A stretch of DNA of 64,000 nucleotides, taken from the NCBI GenBank assembly GCA_963675595.2, contig CAXXLZ010000002.1:128001-192000 (forward strand), given 5' to 3'. Numbering within the stretch: the stretch's first letter is position 1; each line of letters opens with the position of its first letter. A model generated the notes under the pieces. That model did no database searches, was not told the DNA's origin, and saw only the letters and a program-made list of their open reading frames with translations. Source of the DNA: Thermodesulfobacteriota bacterium. Its GTDB lineage: Bacteria > Desulfobacterota > Desulfarculia > JACQYL01. Of the stretch, positions 63,533 through 64,000 are shown in pieces. A program made the translations under genes and the position numbers.

Positions 63533-63676
63533 TGAAATATGGTCAAGTTTCGCCTTAAGCTGCTTAATTGAGACAGGATTTTTTGGAATTTAAAGATCAA
63601 ATCATAGAATTAGGGCATCTTCTTTTTCCGACCCTTCTATCATCAAACAACGAGCTATTGGGGAGAAATATGCACT

Positions 63677-64000
63677 ATGGGAACAATACTCACATCAACC
63701 GTTATCGCTGCTATCATCGCCGCCATTGTCTCCCTGTGGACTGCAGAACGGCGGATTAGTATCGAGAATATCACTCAAGAACGCAGGAATTGGCGTGAAA
63801 AAGTTCGAATCATGGCAATCGATGTGCATGACGCCTTGATTCGTAGGGACAAACACTTACTTGACAGGCTTCGCGCCGAATTCCGGCTCATGTTGAATCC
63901 GACAGATTCACATGACAATGAGATACTTGCTTGTATCTCACTACCTAATGAGGGGAATGAGTTAAATCGTGCAGAGATATTTGGGCACTGTGTGTCTGCT
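63677..64000 (+). CDS. Hypothetical protein with N-terminal TM, truncated by window edge
   Basis: Manual translation MGTILTSTVIAAIIAAIVSLW...IENITQERRNWREKVR, open to the end. Confidence 0.6.
   Translation, partial: MGTILTSTVIAAIIAAIVSLWTAERRISIENITQERRNWREKVRIMAIDVHDALIRRDKHLLDRLRAEFRLMLNPTDSHDNEILACISLPNEGNELNRAEIFGHCVSA

Overview
GC-rich bacterial chromosome segment; gene content suggests an anaerobic Desulfobacterota/Syntrophobacteria-like organism (inference). 1-8 kb: corrinoid methyl-transfer genes (MtaA/MtbA-like, RamA-like), a GATase, an acyl-CoA ligase and regulators. 8-33 kb: mostly housekeeping (ppdK, uvrC, tRNA-Cys, rlmI, bTHX, rlmN, hisI, hisG, engB, phoU, trxC). It also holds a Y1/RAYT transposase bounded by perfect 26-bp inverted repeats, and an HEXXH metalloprotease ORF with an in-frame TGA (selenoprotein candidate, split in the ORF track). 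33-39.5 kb: a co-oriented minus-strand block of a solo IS3-OrfA HTH with a sigma54-like promoter, an atypical Amt plus small membrane partner, a Cache-domain Ser/Thr kinase, and a stand-alone pyrrolysyl-tRNA synthetase (PylSc) that itself ends in TAG. 42-64 kb: accessory region with a complete group II intron inserted in a REP-like repeat end, a CruR-like RAPP leader/TonB receptor/Fur locus, a c-di-GMP-I riboswitch ahead of a PEP-CTERM gene, HicBA/CopG, a ~359-bp tandem REPIN-like array, an IS with 8-bp target duplication, a tail-collar protein and a nuclease-STAND NTPase. All calls come from manual motif reading; no searches were run.
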